A DNA stretch of 64,000 nucleotides from Octopus vulgaris. Lineage: Eukaryota. The notes below the pieces were generated by a model. That model worked only from the letters and a program-made list of their open reading frames with translations. It was not told where the DNA came from and did not search any database. The translations under genes and the position numbers were made by a program. The stretch is from NCBI GenBank assembly GCA_951406725.2, contig OX597824.1, forward strand, positions 82,274,001 to 82,338,000. Reading direction: 5' to 3'. Below, in pieces: positions 25,525-39,620 of the stretch (position 1 is the stretch's first letter; every line of letters starts with the position of its first letter).

Positions 25525-25735
25525 TTCTTTTACTTGTTTCAGTCATTTGACTGCGGCCATGCTGGAGCACCGCCTTTAATCGAGCAACTCGACACCGGGA
25601 CTTATTCTCTTGTAAGCCCAGTACTTATTCTATCGGTCTCTTTTACCGAACCGCTAAGTAACGGAGACATAAACACACCAGCATCGGTTGTCAAGCAATG
25701 CTAGGAGGACAAACACAGACACACAAACACACACA

Positions 25736-25767
<32 letters not shown>

Positions 25768-25912
25768 CATATATACGACGGGCTTCTTTCAGTTTCCGTC
25801 TACCCGGGGCTATAGTAGAAGACACTTACCCAAGGTGCCACGCAGTGGGACTGAACCCGGGACCATGTGGTTGATAAATAAGCTACTTACCACACAGCCA
25901 CTCCTGCGCCTA
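25525..25912 (-). mobile_element. SINE family A, full length with small deletion
   Basis: Tail, internal microsatellite and head ..CAGCCACTCCTGCGCCTA. Confidence 0.92.
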
Positions 25913-26037
25913 TTTACATTATTTATATTTGACGGTTGTCTGTCAAATGTAAATAATGTAAACAGTAAAAAACTTTTATAACGTAGTTTCTGTATATGTA
26001 ACCTTAGTGTCGTGCACTAATACAGATTGATATATAT

Positions 26038-26228
26038 AAGGCAGCAAGCTAGAAGAAACGTTAGCACGCCGGGCGAAATGCTTTACGTTCTGAGTTCAAA
26101 TTCCGCCGAGGTCGTCTTTGACTTTCAGCCTTTCGGGATCGATAGATTAAGTACCATTTGCGCACTGGATCTAATCGTCTGGCCCCCTCCCACCAAAATT
26201 CGGACCTTGTGCATACAGTAGAAAAGTA
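26038..26228 (+). mobile_element. SINE family B, alternative tail
   Basis: GAAACGTTAGCACGCCGGGCGAAATG..GAGTTCAAATTCCGCCGAGGTCG..CCTTGTGC..AGTAGAAA. Confidence 0.82.
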
Positions 26229-26233
26229 TGCTG

Positions 26234-26585
26234 AAACCCCCTTCGGTCATGACTGACAATGGGATTGCACCTAGGAAGTTACTCTCCCAGGCAAAGTCCG
26301 GGCAAGGTTGTTTATGGAAGACCACCAGTCGCCCATGCATACGGGCCTCCCCTCTCCACGCCACCAGTGTTATCCAAGGGAAAGGCAAAAGCCGATACAG
26401 CTTAGCACCTGTGACGTTGCAACTCTTTTTACAGCTGAGTGGACTGGGGCAACGTGAAACAAAGTGTCTTGCTCAAGAACACAGCAGACATATACAGAAA
26501 CTCACAACGCCCGGTCTGGGAATCGAAACCGCGATCCTATGACCGCGAGTCCGCTGCCCTAACCACTGGGCCATTACGCCTCCAC
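26234..26585 (-). mobile_element. Chimeric SINE: C head, D core and a fifth tail
   Basis: C head at 26500-26585, D core TGTGTTCTTGAGCAAGACAC..CCAGTCCACTCAGCTG, tail ending TGCAATCCCATTGTCAGTCATGACCGAAGGGGG. Confidence 0.82.
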
Positions 26586-27411
26586 TGATGGAACTATAGG
26601 AATATTTCAAAACAAGCATAAGCATAATATGATGTGTCTTTGAGGCAACTTAAAAGGTTCTTCAACCCTTTCCGTTTAGTTGTATCAATTTACTTGAGAG
26701 CTCACGATCCTCGTCGTTAACTCTAAGTGACATCACTTATCACACACATCCAGGAGCTTTGATACTTTGAGGTCGTTGCTTTCCTGAAAATCTAGAAAAA
26801 TACTTTGGTACAAACAAGTGGTATGGAATAAAAAGATACAAAGAAAATCTATTTATTAGGTTTACGGGTGATTAAGGAATCAATTAAATGCCACATCTTT
26901 ATTATTATTATTATTATTATTATTAAAGAAACGATATTATATGGCTGAATTCGGTTATTTCTTTATATATAGAAATCCTTGCTTCAAATTTTCGTAACTT
27001 AACGAAACGGATTTTAAAAATTTTGGCAAATCAGCGAATCGGTTCTTAAAATCTTGGCAACTCAGCTTCGTATTTCAATTGTGTATATATGCAGACATGT
27101 ATATAGATATAGACTTGTGTGTGTATGTGTGTGTGCGAGTGTGTATGCGGATGTGTATTGGCATGTATATAGGCATGCGGATGTGTGTGTGTGTACAAAT
27201 TGTCGTGACTATTTTAGTTTATATCTATTTAAAGAAGTATTCTATTTCGCCTCCAAAACAAATAAAACGAGTCACGAGGTCAATATCTTAGTAAATATTT
27301 TCAAGTCATTCACTAGAAACTAAAAATATATTTCTTTCTATTTTTCCAAGGTTGGCTAGTAAGTACAAATGCATTGAAATATTGAATTTGTGAGTGTGTG
27401 TGTGTATATAG

Positions 27412-27792
27412 GTGGAGGCGCAATGGCCCAGTGGTTAGGGCAGCGGACAAGCGGTCATAGGGTCGCGGATTCGATTCCCAGACCGGGCGTTGTGAGTGTT
27501 TATTGAACGAAAACACCTAAAGCTCCACGAGGCTCCGGCAGGGGATGGTGGTGATCCCTGCTGTACTCTTTCACCACAACTTTCTCTCACTCTTACTTCC
27601 TGTTTCTGTTGTACCTGTATTTCAAAGGGCCGGCCTTGTCACTCTCTGTGTCACGCTGAATATCCCCGAGAACTACGTTAAGGGTGCACGTGTCTGTGGA
27701 GTGCTCAGCCACTTACACGTTAATTTCACGAGCAGGCTGTTCCGTTGATTCGGATCAACCGGAACCCTCATCGTCGTAACCGACGGAGTGCT
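27412..27792 (+). mobile_element. SINE family C with tail type 1, full length
   Basis: tRNA-like head, C body, tail GTTGTACCTGTATTTCAAAGGGCC..CGTCGTAACCGACGGAGTGC. Confidence 0.92.
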
Positions 27793-27798
27793 TTCTAA

Positions 27799-27835
<37 letters not shown>

Positions 27836-28114
27836 AAAAAAGTAGTTAAGTAGTTCAAAGGACATGCGCACATACATATACACACACATATATATACACA
27901 TAAATACATGCGTATATGTGTGTTTGAATAGGTTAAAGGAAAACATTAAAACAGCAAAAAAAAAAATTCTCCTCATAAAAAAGTTAGTAAAATCCTGATA
28001 AAATATTTCATTACATTTTGGGGAAAATTAATTTTCTTTAAAAAAATCACCTTTACACTTCAAAACTATATTGAGTAATCCTTATAGACTGTCATATATA
28101 TATATGTATATATT

Positions 28115-28289
28115 ACTCTTTTACTCCTTTACTTGTTTCAGTCATTTGACTGCCCCCATGCTGGAGCACCGCCTTTAGACGAGCAAGACTAGTACTTATT
28201 CTATCGATCTCTTTTGGGGAACCGTTAAGTGACGGGGACATAAACACACCAGCATCGGTTGTCAAGCAATGCTAGGGGGACAAACACAG

Positions 28290-28322
<33 letters not shown>

Positions 28323-28376
28323 CATATATACGATAGGCTTCTTTCAGTTTCCGTCTACCAAATCCACTTACAAGGC
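28115..28376 (-). mobile_element. SINE family A, head missing
   Basis: Tail and CTTTCAGTTTCCGTCTACCAAATCCAC motif. Confidence 0.88.
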
Positions 28377-29648
28377 TTATGTGGAAGTTATTAACTGTAA
28401 TACTCGGAGAGCCAATGTGGAGTTCTGCCACATGAGCAGAAGGGTTGCAAGCGTAAGTGTAGAGGTACCAAGGATCAACTTCTGATAGATAAAACTGTAC
28501 TCAGAGACTGCAAAAGGAGGAAAAGTAACTTAACCATGTCATGGATCGACTATTGTTAGGCGTACGATATGATCCCACATTCTTGGATTATGTGGTACAT
28601 GAACCTGTTTGGGATTGCATCGAATGTTGAGCGATTGCTTGGAAAAAGTATGGCGCATTGGAGGACGAACCTGACAGCATACGGAAGAGTTTAGGGACAG
28701 TAGGAATTAGGAGGAGCATATTCCAAGGGGACTGCCTGTCCCCACTGATCTTTGAACTGTGCTTGATACCACTAACACTGACAACACAGATTCTAAGGAA
28801 AGTAAAAGCTGGGTTTGTATTCAAAAGCCGCCAACAAAAAGTCAATCATTTGCTATTCATGGATGACCTCAAACTTTATGGTAAAGATGAAGCCCAAGTC
28901 AGTTCCCTCGTGGATAGGGTGTATACCTTCAGTGCTGATATCAGAATGGAGTTCGGACTGAAAAAATGTGGTGTGTTAGTCTTGAAGAGAGGCAAAATCA
29001 AATGTATGGACGGACTAACGATACCGTCGGGGGAGGTTATGAAGCATATAGAAGAGACGGGCTATAAGTACTTGGGGATTTGGGAATGGATAAATTAATA
29101 GAGAAAGAAATGACAGAAAAATTTAAAGTGGAGTACTTATGCAGGCTGAGACTGATCCTTAAGTCGAAATTAAACGGACGGAATAAGATCGAAGCTATCA
29201 AAATTTGGGCGGTTTCACTCCTTAGACATGGAGCAGGAGTAATCGCATGGACAGTAGACGAACTAAACAGCTTAGACAGAAAGACAAGGATGTTGCTAAC
29301 TAGATATGGGTCACTCCACTCAAAAAGTGACACAGACAGACTGTATGTACTACCAAGAAAAAGAGGGGAAAGAGGACTTATTGGATGCGAACACAGCATT
29401 AGAGCAGAAGAAAACAACATAGTATGGTATGTAAAACATGCCACAGAACCGCTATTATTAGAAGTAGGAAGGTCAGACTTGTGTAGGATGAAAGATTGCT
29501 AAGATAAAGCATTATACAAAAAATTGAAAACGAATGAAACTGAAAATAGGTGGGTAAAGAAAAGAATACATGGTCAATTTCATAGGGATGTTGAAGATAA
29601 AGCAGAGAAAAAAGATGGCTGTCGATGACTAAAAGTGATTTAAAACCG
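28377..29648 (+). mobile_element. Dong/R4-clade non-LTR retrotransposon RT fragment (pseudogenised)
   Basis: [95 protein letters not shown]; several stops and frameshifts. Confidence 0.92.
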
Positions 29649-29654
29649 CATTTG

Positions 29655-29825
29655 ATTTGTTTACGTTTGCGTAACCTAAGCAATTCAGCAAAGGAGACAG
29701 ATAAAATATGTAGGCGGCTTTAAAAAAAATAATAATAAAATAAGTACTGCGATGGATTACTTCGACCAAAATCCTTTAAGGCGATGCCCCAGCATGGCCG
29801 CAATGCAATGATCGGAGCAAGTAAA
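29655..29825 (+). mobile_element. SINE family A 3' part, degraded
   Basis: AAGGCGATGCCCCAGCATGGCCGCA tail. Confidence 0.7.
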
Positions 29826-29959
29826 AAAGAAAGAAAGGAAAGGAAATATTAGAGACAAACAGGAAAATAAAAGAAAGAATTTGTTTTGAATCATCTTCCG
29901 TTTCAAAAAAAATTAATACTGTAACAAAAGTAGGGGGCAAAAGGCAGAAATAAACGGTT

Positions 29960-29961
29960 GA

Positions 29962-30056
<95 letters not shown>

Positions 30057-30182
30057 GAAGAAAGAAAGGAAGGAAGAAAGGAAGGAAGAAAGGAAGGAAG
30101 AAAGGAAGAAACAAAAAAACAAAGAAAGAGAGAAAGAGACAAAGAGACAAAGGAAGAAAGAGAGGAAGGAAAAAAGAAAGAG

Positions 30183-30217
<35 letters not shown>

Positions 30218-30221
30218 AATG

Positions 30222-30287
<66 letters not shown>

Positions 30288-30340
30288 GCGAGGAAGAAAG
30301 TAAGAGAGAAAGGAAGAGAGAAGGAGAGAAATAAAGAAAG
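29960..30340. repeat. (AAAG)n / (AAGG)n polypurine tract
   Basis: Direct inspection. Confidence 0.96.
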
Positions 30341-30555
30341 AGTTGAGATATTGCGGAATACCTGTAAAAGGTAAACAGTAAGAATTTTATCAACGATGGA
30401 GACAAACTATTTCCAGAAATTTTCCACCCCAACCACCCAAATACAACCACACAAACAACTGTGCAACACGTCGAAACCTTCAATATACAGTAAATATAGC
30501 AACATTCCCAATGGCACCTTTTATATTTTAGCTGAAGTTTCTATTACTATATATA

Positions 30556-30633
<78 letters not shown>

Positions 30634-30690
30634 TGAGTGCGTGTTAGTCATTTGTATTACTCACGTTGTTGTTGTTGTTGCTGTGTGTGC

Positions 30691-30734
<44 letters not shown>

Positions 30735-31409
30735 ATGTGTGTGTGTGTGTGTATCAATGCTTGTTTTTTTATGTTTAGTTATAATAAAAACAACTTTACA
30801 TCAATCTGGTGAGTCACTCTACACTTTTGTAGAGTACAAATCTATTGTCCACAAACAAAAATGTGGTTGACACTGACTTCAAAGCTTCCACTTGCCAAGC
30901 CGACGATGACATAGCTGGCCGAATCTTCGAAGTCGATACAACAAGATACATATGTATAATAACTGTATATGATATATATCATAATGATATTTATTCTCCG
31001 ATTTTAAGCGACAATTTTTTTAAAAATATAAACAAATAACTGAAAAATGATGAGCTAACCGTAGGCTGAATCGAAGTCACAAATCAAGGCTTCCATGGCT
31101 CCTTGCTGATCTGATTAGCCAAACGCTCACCCATCAATTTCAGTCAAATTTATTTCTTTGTTGTTCCTTATTGCTTCAAAAACTGACTTTCTGACTTCGA
31201 CGTATTAGGTATGAAAAGATTTAGTAATCTTTCGGCTACCAAATAAAGTATATTTTTTACACAACTCATTTTTACTACAAAAATAACCTCGAAAACGAAG
31301 TCGCGTCGCACAATTTTGTGGTCTTTAGCTAAGGGAGACAAGTCTGCTGGACATAATACTCCATATAACAACAAATATACACACACACACACATAGTAGG
31401 TACAAAAAT

Positions 31410-31550
31410 GAATGTGTGATTGAGAAGCTTGATTCCCAACCACATGGTTCTACTTTCAGTCACGCAGTATGTTACCTTGGGCAAGTGTTTTCTAATATAG
31501 CCTTAGGCCCACCACAGACTTGGGACTGAATTTGGTAGACGGAAACTACA
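31410..31550 (+). mobile_element. SINE family A 5' half, degraded
   Basis: CCCAACCACATGGTTC..ACCTTGGGCAAGTGT..TTTGGTAGACGGAAACT. Confidence 0.78.
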
Positions 31551-31747
31551 GTGTTGTTCGTCAGGAAATGACCGAAAAAACATGTTTATAAAGAAGAGTT
31601 GTTTACTTCATACTCCTCGTGTGCTGATTCTGCCCATAAGAAAGGAACAAATAATACAATATTGCTGTAGGTCATAACACCCGGGCAACCCTGAGGTACA
31701 TTGCTAGTATCATTATATAACTATGCATGCGTAATGTGTGTGTATGT

Positions 31748-32058
31748 ATATCACGTGATCACGTGACCGACCAGACCATCAGATGTTGTTACACATCGCT
31801 GGTCACAATGCGTTCGCATTGTTTTAGCCTTCGAATGACGCCACCCCGCTGGCTAAACGAGCAGGCCAATAGAAGAAAGAGTGAGAGAAACAGTGGTGAA
31901 AGAGTACAGCAGGGATCACCACCATCCCCTGCCGGAGACTCGTGGAGCTTTAGGTGTTTTCGCTCAATAAACACTCACAACGCCCGGTATGGGAATCGAA
32001 ACCGCGATCTTACGACGGCGAGTCCGCTGCCCTAACCACTGGGCCATTGCGCCTCCAC
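31748..32058 (-). mobile_element. SINE family C with tail type 2
   Basis: Full copy; tail ..ACATCTGATGGTCTGGTCGGTCACGTGATCACGTGA. Confidence 0.92.
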
Positions 32059-32514
32059 GTGTATGTATATACGTATACATATAAGCATACCTGTACGCAT
32101 ATAAACATGCATTTTCGCAAATACACACGCACTCACACATACATACAAACACGATCACATACACACTCATATTTAAAGCGATAAATTCTAGATATTTATT
32201 CATATCATTGCGTGTTCTAATCATACATGCATTAATAATTCTCTGTGCATGCACCCGTGTGTCTGATTTTGTACAACGCATGCGCCTCTGTCTGTGTGTG
32301 TGTGTGTGCCTGTGTGTATGTGTGTGTACATGTGTTTATACGCATATATGTACATCTCTAAGCGTATCTACGTACCTGCCTATGTCTATGTGTATGGATA
32401 TCTCTAGGCCTGTGGTAAAGTCATTAGTAAACCGATAAAACTCCTTTGTTCTCTTCTAAAAGTCCCTCATAGTCTCCCTTTACTTTCCCATCTCATGCGT
32501 TTCGTGTGAAATTT

Positions 32515-32564
<50 letters not shown>

Positions 32565-32628
32565 AAACTTTCCTTCCCTTTGTCACTAATAATAATAATA
32601 ATAATAATGATAACTATCAGCTGCTTAG

Positions 32629-32669
<41 letters not shown>

Positions 32670-32670
32670 A

Positions 32671-32724
<54 letters not shown>

Positions 32725-32729
<5 letters not shown>

Positions 32730-33033
32730 GTGATCACGTGACCGGCAGACCATCAGATGTTGTTACACATCGCTGGTCACAATGCGTTCGCATTGTTTTT
32801 TAGCCTTCGAATGACGCCACCCCGCTGGCTAAGCGAGCAGGCCAACGGAAGAAAGAGTGAGAGAAAGAGTGGTGAAAGAGTACAGCAGGGATCACCACCA
32901 GCCCCTGCCGGAGCGTCGTAGAGCTTTTAGGTGTTTTCGCTCAATAAACACTCACAACGCCCGGTCTGGGAATCGAAACCGCGATCCTGCGACCGCGAGT
33001 CCGCTGCCCTAACCACTAGGACATTGCGCCTCC
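32725..33033 (-). mobile_element. SINE family C with tail type 2
   Basis: Full copy, near identical to 31748-32058. Confidence 0.92.
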
Positions 33034-33034
33034 T

Positions 33035-33279
33035 CAGACCGGGCGTTGTGAGTGTTTATTGAGTGAAAACACCTAAAAAGCTCCACGATGCTCCGGCAGG
33101 GGGTGGTGATCCCTGCTGTACTCTTTCACCACTATTTCTCTCACTCTTCTGTTGGCCTGCTCGCTTAAACAGCGGGGTGGCGTCATTCGAAGGCTAAAAC
33201 AATGCGAACGCATTGTGACCAGCGATGTGTAACAACATCTGATGTGTAAAACATCTGATAGTCTGGTCGGTCACGTGAT
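33035..33279 (+). mobile_element. SINE family C tail type 2, 5'-truncated, inverted relative to its neighbour
   Basis: Starts CAGACCGGGCGTTGTGAG; reverse complement of 32735-32968. Confidence 0.92.
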
Positions 33280-33644
33280 GGTGATGATGATGATGGTGAT
33301 ATACATATATATGCGTTTATTATCATTTTTCCTAGTTTCTTGTTGGGGTTTCCTGATTCTTATAAAGAGCTATGCTCGAAAAGTTAACAACTTTCTCCGT
33401 ACATCAAGCGTCAAATTAATATAATTCGTGTCCCCGTCTTCATGTTCGCTTTTTTCTTTAATTGTTTGTTTATTTGAACTAACCCTACTCTCTCTCTCTT
33501 TCTCTCTGTATGCACACACACACACATATATGTATATATACATACACAAATAAATATATATATACACACACAAACACACATACATACATACATACATACA
33601 TACATACATACATACATACATACGTACGTACATACATACATACA

Positions 33645-33703
<59 letters not shown>

Positions 33704-33708
<5 letters not shown>

Positions 33709-34165
33709 AACAGGAGTGGCTGTGAGGTAAGTAGCTTGCTTCCCAACCACATGGTTCCAGGTTCAGTCTCACTGCATGGCACCTTGAGCAAGTGTCTTCT
33801 ACTATAGTCTCGAGCCGACCAAAACCTTGTGAGTGGATTTGGTAGATGGAAACTGAAAGAAGCCCGTCGTATATATATATATATATATATATATAATAAA
33901 AATATTTCGTTTCTAAATATCTCAAGGCGATATAAGCAATGGTGGTACGATAGAGCAGTTGTATACTGTCAACTTAATGTGACAGTCCCATGAAGGGAAT
34001 CGCACCACCGCTATTTAGCCCTAGGAAGCATCAACGCTTCCTGTCGGCCTTGACACATTTCCTGTGTCCTTGCAGCCAGCTAGCAAGCCATGCTACTCCA
34101 CACTGATGAGAAAGAACGAAAGGTGGAATGAACGAAGTATGAAGAGGCTGATAGAAGGAAGGAAA

Positions 34166-34223
<58 letters not shown>

Positions 34224-34440
34224 CTTTGTGCTTTTCCTCCCACATCACCGCTTGGCAACCGGTGTTAGTGTGTTTATGTCCCCGTGTTCTAGTGGTTCGG
34301 CAAAAGTGAACTGTAGAATAAATATTAGGCTTAAAAAATAAATAACGGGGTCGATGTTTTCTTTTTTTTCTCGGCTAAAAGAACCCTTGAAGGCGGTGCT
34401 CGAGCATGGCCGTAGTCAAATGACTGAAACATATAGGAGT
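33704..34440 (+). mobile_element. SINE family A split by a ~270-bp insertion in its internal (TA)n
   Basis: 5' half 33704-33870, foreign segment ~33895-34168, 3' half 34215-34440. Confidence 0.8.
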
Positions 34441-34612
34441 ATAAAACAATCCATCTTGTTGGTGCTTTGAACTGTCAAGAGGCAACATAATACCAGAAGA
34501 TCACCTCATTCAGAAGATGGGACTATAAAACTCCAAAATTCGTTATCATATATTTTTGAATTCATTGTCTCAAACACTGCAAAAACACTCACGGAAATAT
34601 GAGAAATCTTAA

Positions 34613-34633
34613 TCTTTATATATAAAGCTAAAG

Positions 34634-34680
<47 letters not shown>

Positions 34681-35074
34681 CGTGTGTGTGTATGCGTGTG
34701 TGTGTGTGTGTGGCAGGTTTGGTAGTCTTCAACTAACACTATCTCCTCGAGACCCTGCAGCACAAGTTGACCAAAATCGAGAGTATGATAGAAGAAGGCT
34801 TGCTCTTCGTTCCGTAGAATAAAAAATTCAAATCGGACCATGTTAGGACCAAAAATGATCTACATCATGAAAGTGCTTTTTTTTCTATGAAAATCCCTCT
34901 TTTTTACGATTTTTTTACTACTGTGTCGTCATTTTTCCGTGTATTTCAACCAGAAAAATGTTCACTTAAAGAGAATCACAAGCTACATAATGCAAAATTT
35001 TTACTTTTCAAAAATTCCAATTCTAAAGGGTCGAAAAGAAAACAAACCCGAGCAACGCCGGGCTATACTACTAG
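34613..35074 (+). mobile_element. Non-autonomous Helitron
   Basis: 5' TCTTTATATATAAAG after A; 3' hairpin CCCGAGCAACGCCGGG then CTAG before T; no TSD. Confidence 0.88.
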
Positions 35075-35472
35075 TTGAAAGATAAAGTGATGCGCAATGA
35101 GGTTTTCAATACATCTCCAAAAGAAAAGCTATTTGTCCTTCAGATGTATTAATGTTTGTTTATGCCTTTAGGCGTATGAATTTGTGATTAGGCTCTTAGA
35201 CTAACGATTCCTAAACTGTAGTGCGCAGTTTGGTTGGGTAACGCACTACATTCTCATGTTGATTCAGTTCACTCGACTGAAAATAAATGTGTCTGGTGCA
35301 GACTGGTGCCTCGCAGACTGTTGGTAAATACAAAAGGTCAACGGCCCTTGATGGTCACAAAACACCGGATAATGACTACTCGCATGTGTAATTTCAATCG
35401 TGATTATGTGACATAATTGAAATGTTATGTTCGGTCAAGGTTGATTTAAAGGCTATCTTGGTACACAAACAC

Positions 35473-35506
<34 letters not shown>

Positions 35507-35519
35507 TATTTTTTTCTTT

Positions 35520-35860
35520 TATTTGTTTACATATTTTAGTCACCTGACTGCGGCCATGCTACAGCTTCAGTTCGAAGTGTTTTTGCCGTCGAACAATTCA
35601 AACCCCTGACTTATATTTTTAAGCTTAGTTCTTATTCTATTAGTCTGTTTGCCGAACTGATAGGTTGCGGGGAGGTAAACACACCAACACCGGTTATCAA
35701 GCGATGATGGGGGTAAAAGCACAGACACAGAGACACACACACACAGACACATATACATGTAATATACGACGAGATTCTTTTAGTTTCCGTCTATCAAATT
35801 CACTCACAAGACTTTTGGTCGACTCGAGGCTATAGTAGAAAGCACTTGCCAGAGATGCCA
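35520..35860 (-). mobile_element. SINE family A, degraded, head truncated
   Basis: GACTGCGGCCATGCT..AAACACACCAACACCGGTT..GAGGCTATAGTAGAA. Confidence 0.82.
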
Positions 35861-35883
35861 TTTATAAATAGATAGATAAATAT

Positions 35884-35955
<72 letters not shown>

Positions 35956-35984
35956 ATTTCTGTAAGCATGTCTTTATTTCGTAG

Positions 35985-36120
35985 ACATTTCCATCGAAGT
36001 CGACTTTAATCTTTTGTCCTCTCGGGCTCGATGAATTAAGTACCAGTGAAACACTGGGGTCTTTATAAACGACTACTCTCTTCCTTCAAAATTTCAGGCC
36101 TTGTGCCATTAGCAGAAAGC
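35985..36120 (+). mobile_element. SINE family B 3' fragment
   Basis: GTCGACTTT..TTAAGTACCAGTGAAACACTGGGG..TTTCAGGCCTTGTGCC. Confidence 0.75.
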
Positions 36121-36464
36121 ATTAATTCGTAGACATTTGTGCGTATGCTTTGATATCTATCTATGTATTTATGCAACAGCATGTATGAGAACGTATGCAC
36201 ATACGTATATATATAAGCGTGTATTTGTCTGGCAAAAAATTAAAAAGAATGAACATATGTTCTTAACATTTGTCTACTTTTTCGTTAGTGATTTTTTTGT
36301 TTGTTTGTTGTTAGTTATTTTGGTTTTGGTTTATTTCGTTTTTTTTTTCTATTTTATTGCAAAATAAATGTCTCGCTTGATATCTTGTTATGATGTCATA
36401 ATGCAATATAGAACAGGTCTGCAGATTTTAGATAAAACTGCATATGCAAATAATGGTCTCATAT

Positions 36465-36487
36465 ACTTATATGTGTGTGTATGTATG

Positions 36488-36539
<52 letters not shown>

Positions 36540-36553
36540 AATATATATATGTG

Positions 36554-36592
<39 letters not shown>

Positions 36593-36611
36593 ATGTATGT
36601 CTGTCTGTCTG

Positions 36612-36668
<57 letters not shown>

Positions 36669-36776
36669 GCATATATATACGTATATATAAATTAATATAA
36701 AGATGATATTATTAAAATACCGTCAAGAATGGCAATATATATATATATATATACACATACATACAAACATACATAC

Positions 36777-36807
<31 letters not shown>

Positions 36808-36890
36808 CATACATACGTATATACATACATACATACGTATATACATACATACATACATATATATACATACACATATTTGTATACATACGT
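36465..36890. repeat. Compound (TA)n/(TACA)n tract
   Basis: Direct inspection. Confidence 0.93.
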
Positions 36891-37190
36891 GTGGTATGAA
36901 ATTCAAAAATTAGTAAAGCAGTTGAAAGCGTGAAGACATTTTTATTAACAGACAGTTTCCTTGAGGCGAACAAGCCAACCCTTCGAATTCACTTACAATC
37001 TTTTCCTTGCAGAAGTTAATGAATATTTACTCTGCAAGAAAGTATTGCGTAATTTTTCAGTTTCACGTTAAATTGCTTTTTATGTATAAACTTGACATAA
37101 AACCAAGAATTAATATGCGTGTGTGTGTGTATGCATGTGGCTGTGTGTGTGCATGTGTGTGTAAGTGTGTGTGTGCCTCTTTATGTGTGT

Positions 37191-37230
<40 letters not shown>

Positions 37231-37374
37231 AAGATTAAGAAACATAAATAAGAAACAATATATAATTCTTGTAAAATGGAGCTATATTTTTGAAAACTGC
37301 TTTTATTACGAATCTCAAATTTTGTAAATAAATATCTATTAGCAACGGTGTAAAAAGAAAAGGCGATACATGAA

Positions 37375-37496
37375 ACACAATAATAATGATAACAAAAACA
37401 ACAACAATAATAATACTAATAATAATAACAACAACAAACAACAATAATAATAATAGTAATAGTAATAATAATAATAACAACAAGAACAACAACAAC

Positions 37497-37570
<74 letters not shown>

Positions 37571-37578
37571 CAATAATA
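37375..37578. repeat. (AAT)n/(AAC)n microsatellite
   Basis: Direct inspection. Confidence 0.96.
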
Positions 37579-37869
37579 GTCGTTTATTAACTTTAAAACA
37601 TGAACAGAGCAAATTAAACGTGACACCAGGCATTATTGCATTAGGAGAAAATGGCATCGATGTATATTTATTAGAACCACAGCAATAGCAACAGCAACAA
37701 CGATAATATGCAAGGATATATACGGAAGTTTAACATGAAGCAGAGTTTCTAAAATGGCGGATTTTCTACAACGTAAATTAAAAAAAGCTTTAAGAAAAAT
37801 TATTCGGAATTTTACGTTAACAATAAAAGAGGTGTTAAAAGGATCTGTTTTATAGTCATGTATTATTAA

Positions 37870-37876
37870 TATACAC

Positions 37877-37909
<33 letters not shown>

Positions 37910-37931
37910 TGTATGTATGTATGTATGTATG

Positions 37932-37970
<39 letters not shown>

Positions 37971-38877
37971 TTAATGTATGTATGTATGTGTGTGCATGTA
38001 TGTATGTATTTATATATGTACGTATGTGTGTATGTATGTATGTATGTATGTATGTATGTATGTATGTATGTATGTGTGTGTGTATGTATGTATGCGTGTA
38101 TGTATGTCTGTCTGTATGTATGTGTGTGTGTATTTATGTATGTGTGTATGTATGTATGTATGTATATATATATGCATGAATGTATGTATGTATATATGTA
38201 TGTATGTATGTGTATATGTATGTATGTATGTATGTATGTGTTTATTTATGTATGTATATACGTATGTATGTGTGTATATATGTTTGTATGTATTTATGTA
38301 TATATGTATAGGTATGCCTGTATCTGTGTAAGTCGGTAGGTATGTAGGTATATATCTGTGTGGATAGATAAATAGATGGATATGCGTATATTTATGAATA
38401 TATGTGTGTATATATATAAATAAGTATGCATATTTGTAAGTATGTAGCTGTGTATGTATATAAACCTGTATGTATCACCGTAGGGTTGCATGTATGTGCG
38501 TGTATGTATATCACTATATATGTATACATCTATGTGTGTATGAATTTAACTATGAATGTATGCATGTTTGGTTGCATATATATATGTATACGTGTCTGTC
38601 TGTGTGTGTAATGTATACAAATAAGTATGTATATAAGTATATACGTAAGTATCTGTGTATGCATGTATATATGCATATCTGTATCTAAATTTACGTATAT
38701 ATATGTGTATGTATTTATGTATGTGTATACATGTGTATATAAATGTGTATATATATATATGTATATGTGTGTGTGAGTGTGTGTGTTCATTTGTTTTTAT
38801 ATGTGTACATGTGTGCATGTATGAATGCATGTAGTTTTCTAGGTTTGTGTTCAAGTATATCTGAAGACATATATATT

Positions 38878-38939
<62 letters not shown>

Positions 38940-39178
38940 TACTTATGTATACATGCATATACATGTGTATGCAATGTATGCAAATGCACACATTTGTGTA
39001 TGCATGCATGTTATATAATCTTTTTTAATGATCTGAATTCTTGAAAGACGCAAGGAGCTGGTTTTTAACAAAGAAACACAGTTCCATCGCAAGAATTTAG
39101 ATAACAAAAACGGTGAACAGTGACATGTTGAACTTTAAAAAGGTTCTTTATTCATTACATTTCTATATATATGATGAA

Positions 39179-39265
<87 letters not shown>

Positions 39266-39620
39266 TTGTGTGTGTGTGTGTTTGTGTGTATGTATGTATA
39301 TACATACATATATATATCTGCATATATATGAATGAATATATATATATATATTTGTGTGTACGTGTGTGTGTATGTATGTATATACATACATATATATATC
39401 TGCATATATATATATTTATATATATATGTAATATATATATATATGTATATATTGGCATGTACATATATACATATATATATATGTATCCATATATATATAT
39501 ATATATATTACATATATGTATATATATATATATATATTACATATATGTATGTGTGCATGTATATACGTGTGTGTGTGTGTGTGTGTGTACAAATATGTAT
39601 TCATAGATATGTTTACACAT
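37870..39620. repeat. Long degenerate (TATG)n/(TG)n/(TA)n low-complexity domain
   Basis: Direct inspection; short unique interruption at ~39015-39170. Confidence 0.92.

Noticed and set aside
27412-27485. Functional tRNA genes at SINE heads
   Set aside because: tRNA-like A/B boxes continue into repeat bodies shared by many copies, with no proper acceptor stem or terminator
28658-29502. Intact reverse transcriptase gene
   Set aside because: Multiple frameshifts and stops, truncated at both ends; reported as a TE relic instead
31675-31708. Helitron 3' end CCCGGGCAACC..CTAG
   Set aside because: Hairpin is degraded and no matching 5' end could be located
34097-34128. Hammerhead-like CTGATGA..GAAA
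   Set aside because: No credible stem II or stem III and no cleavage triplet
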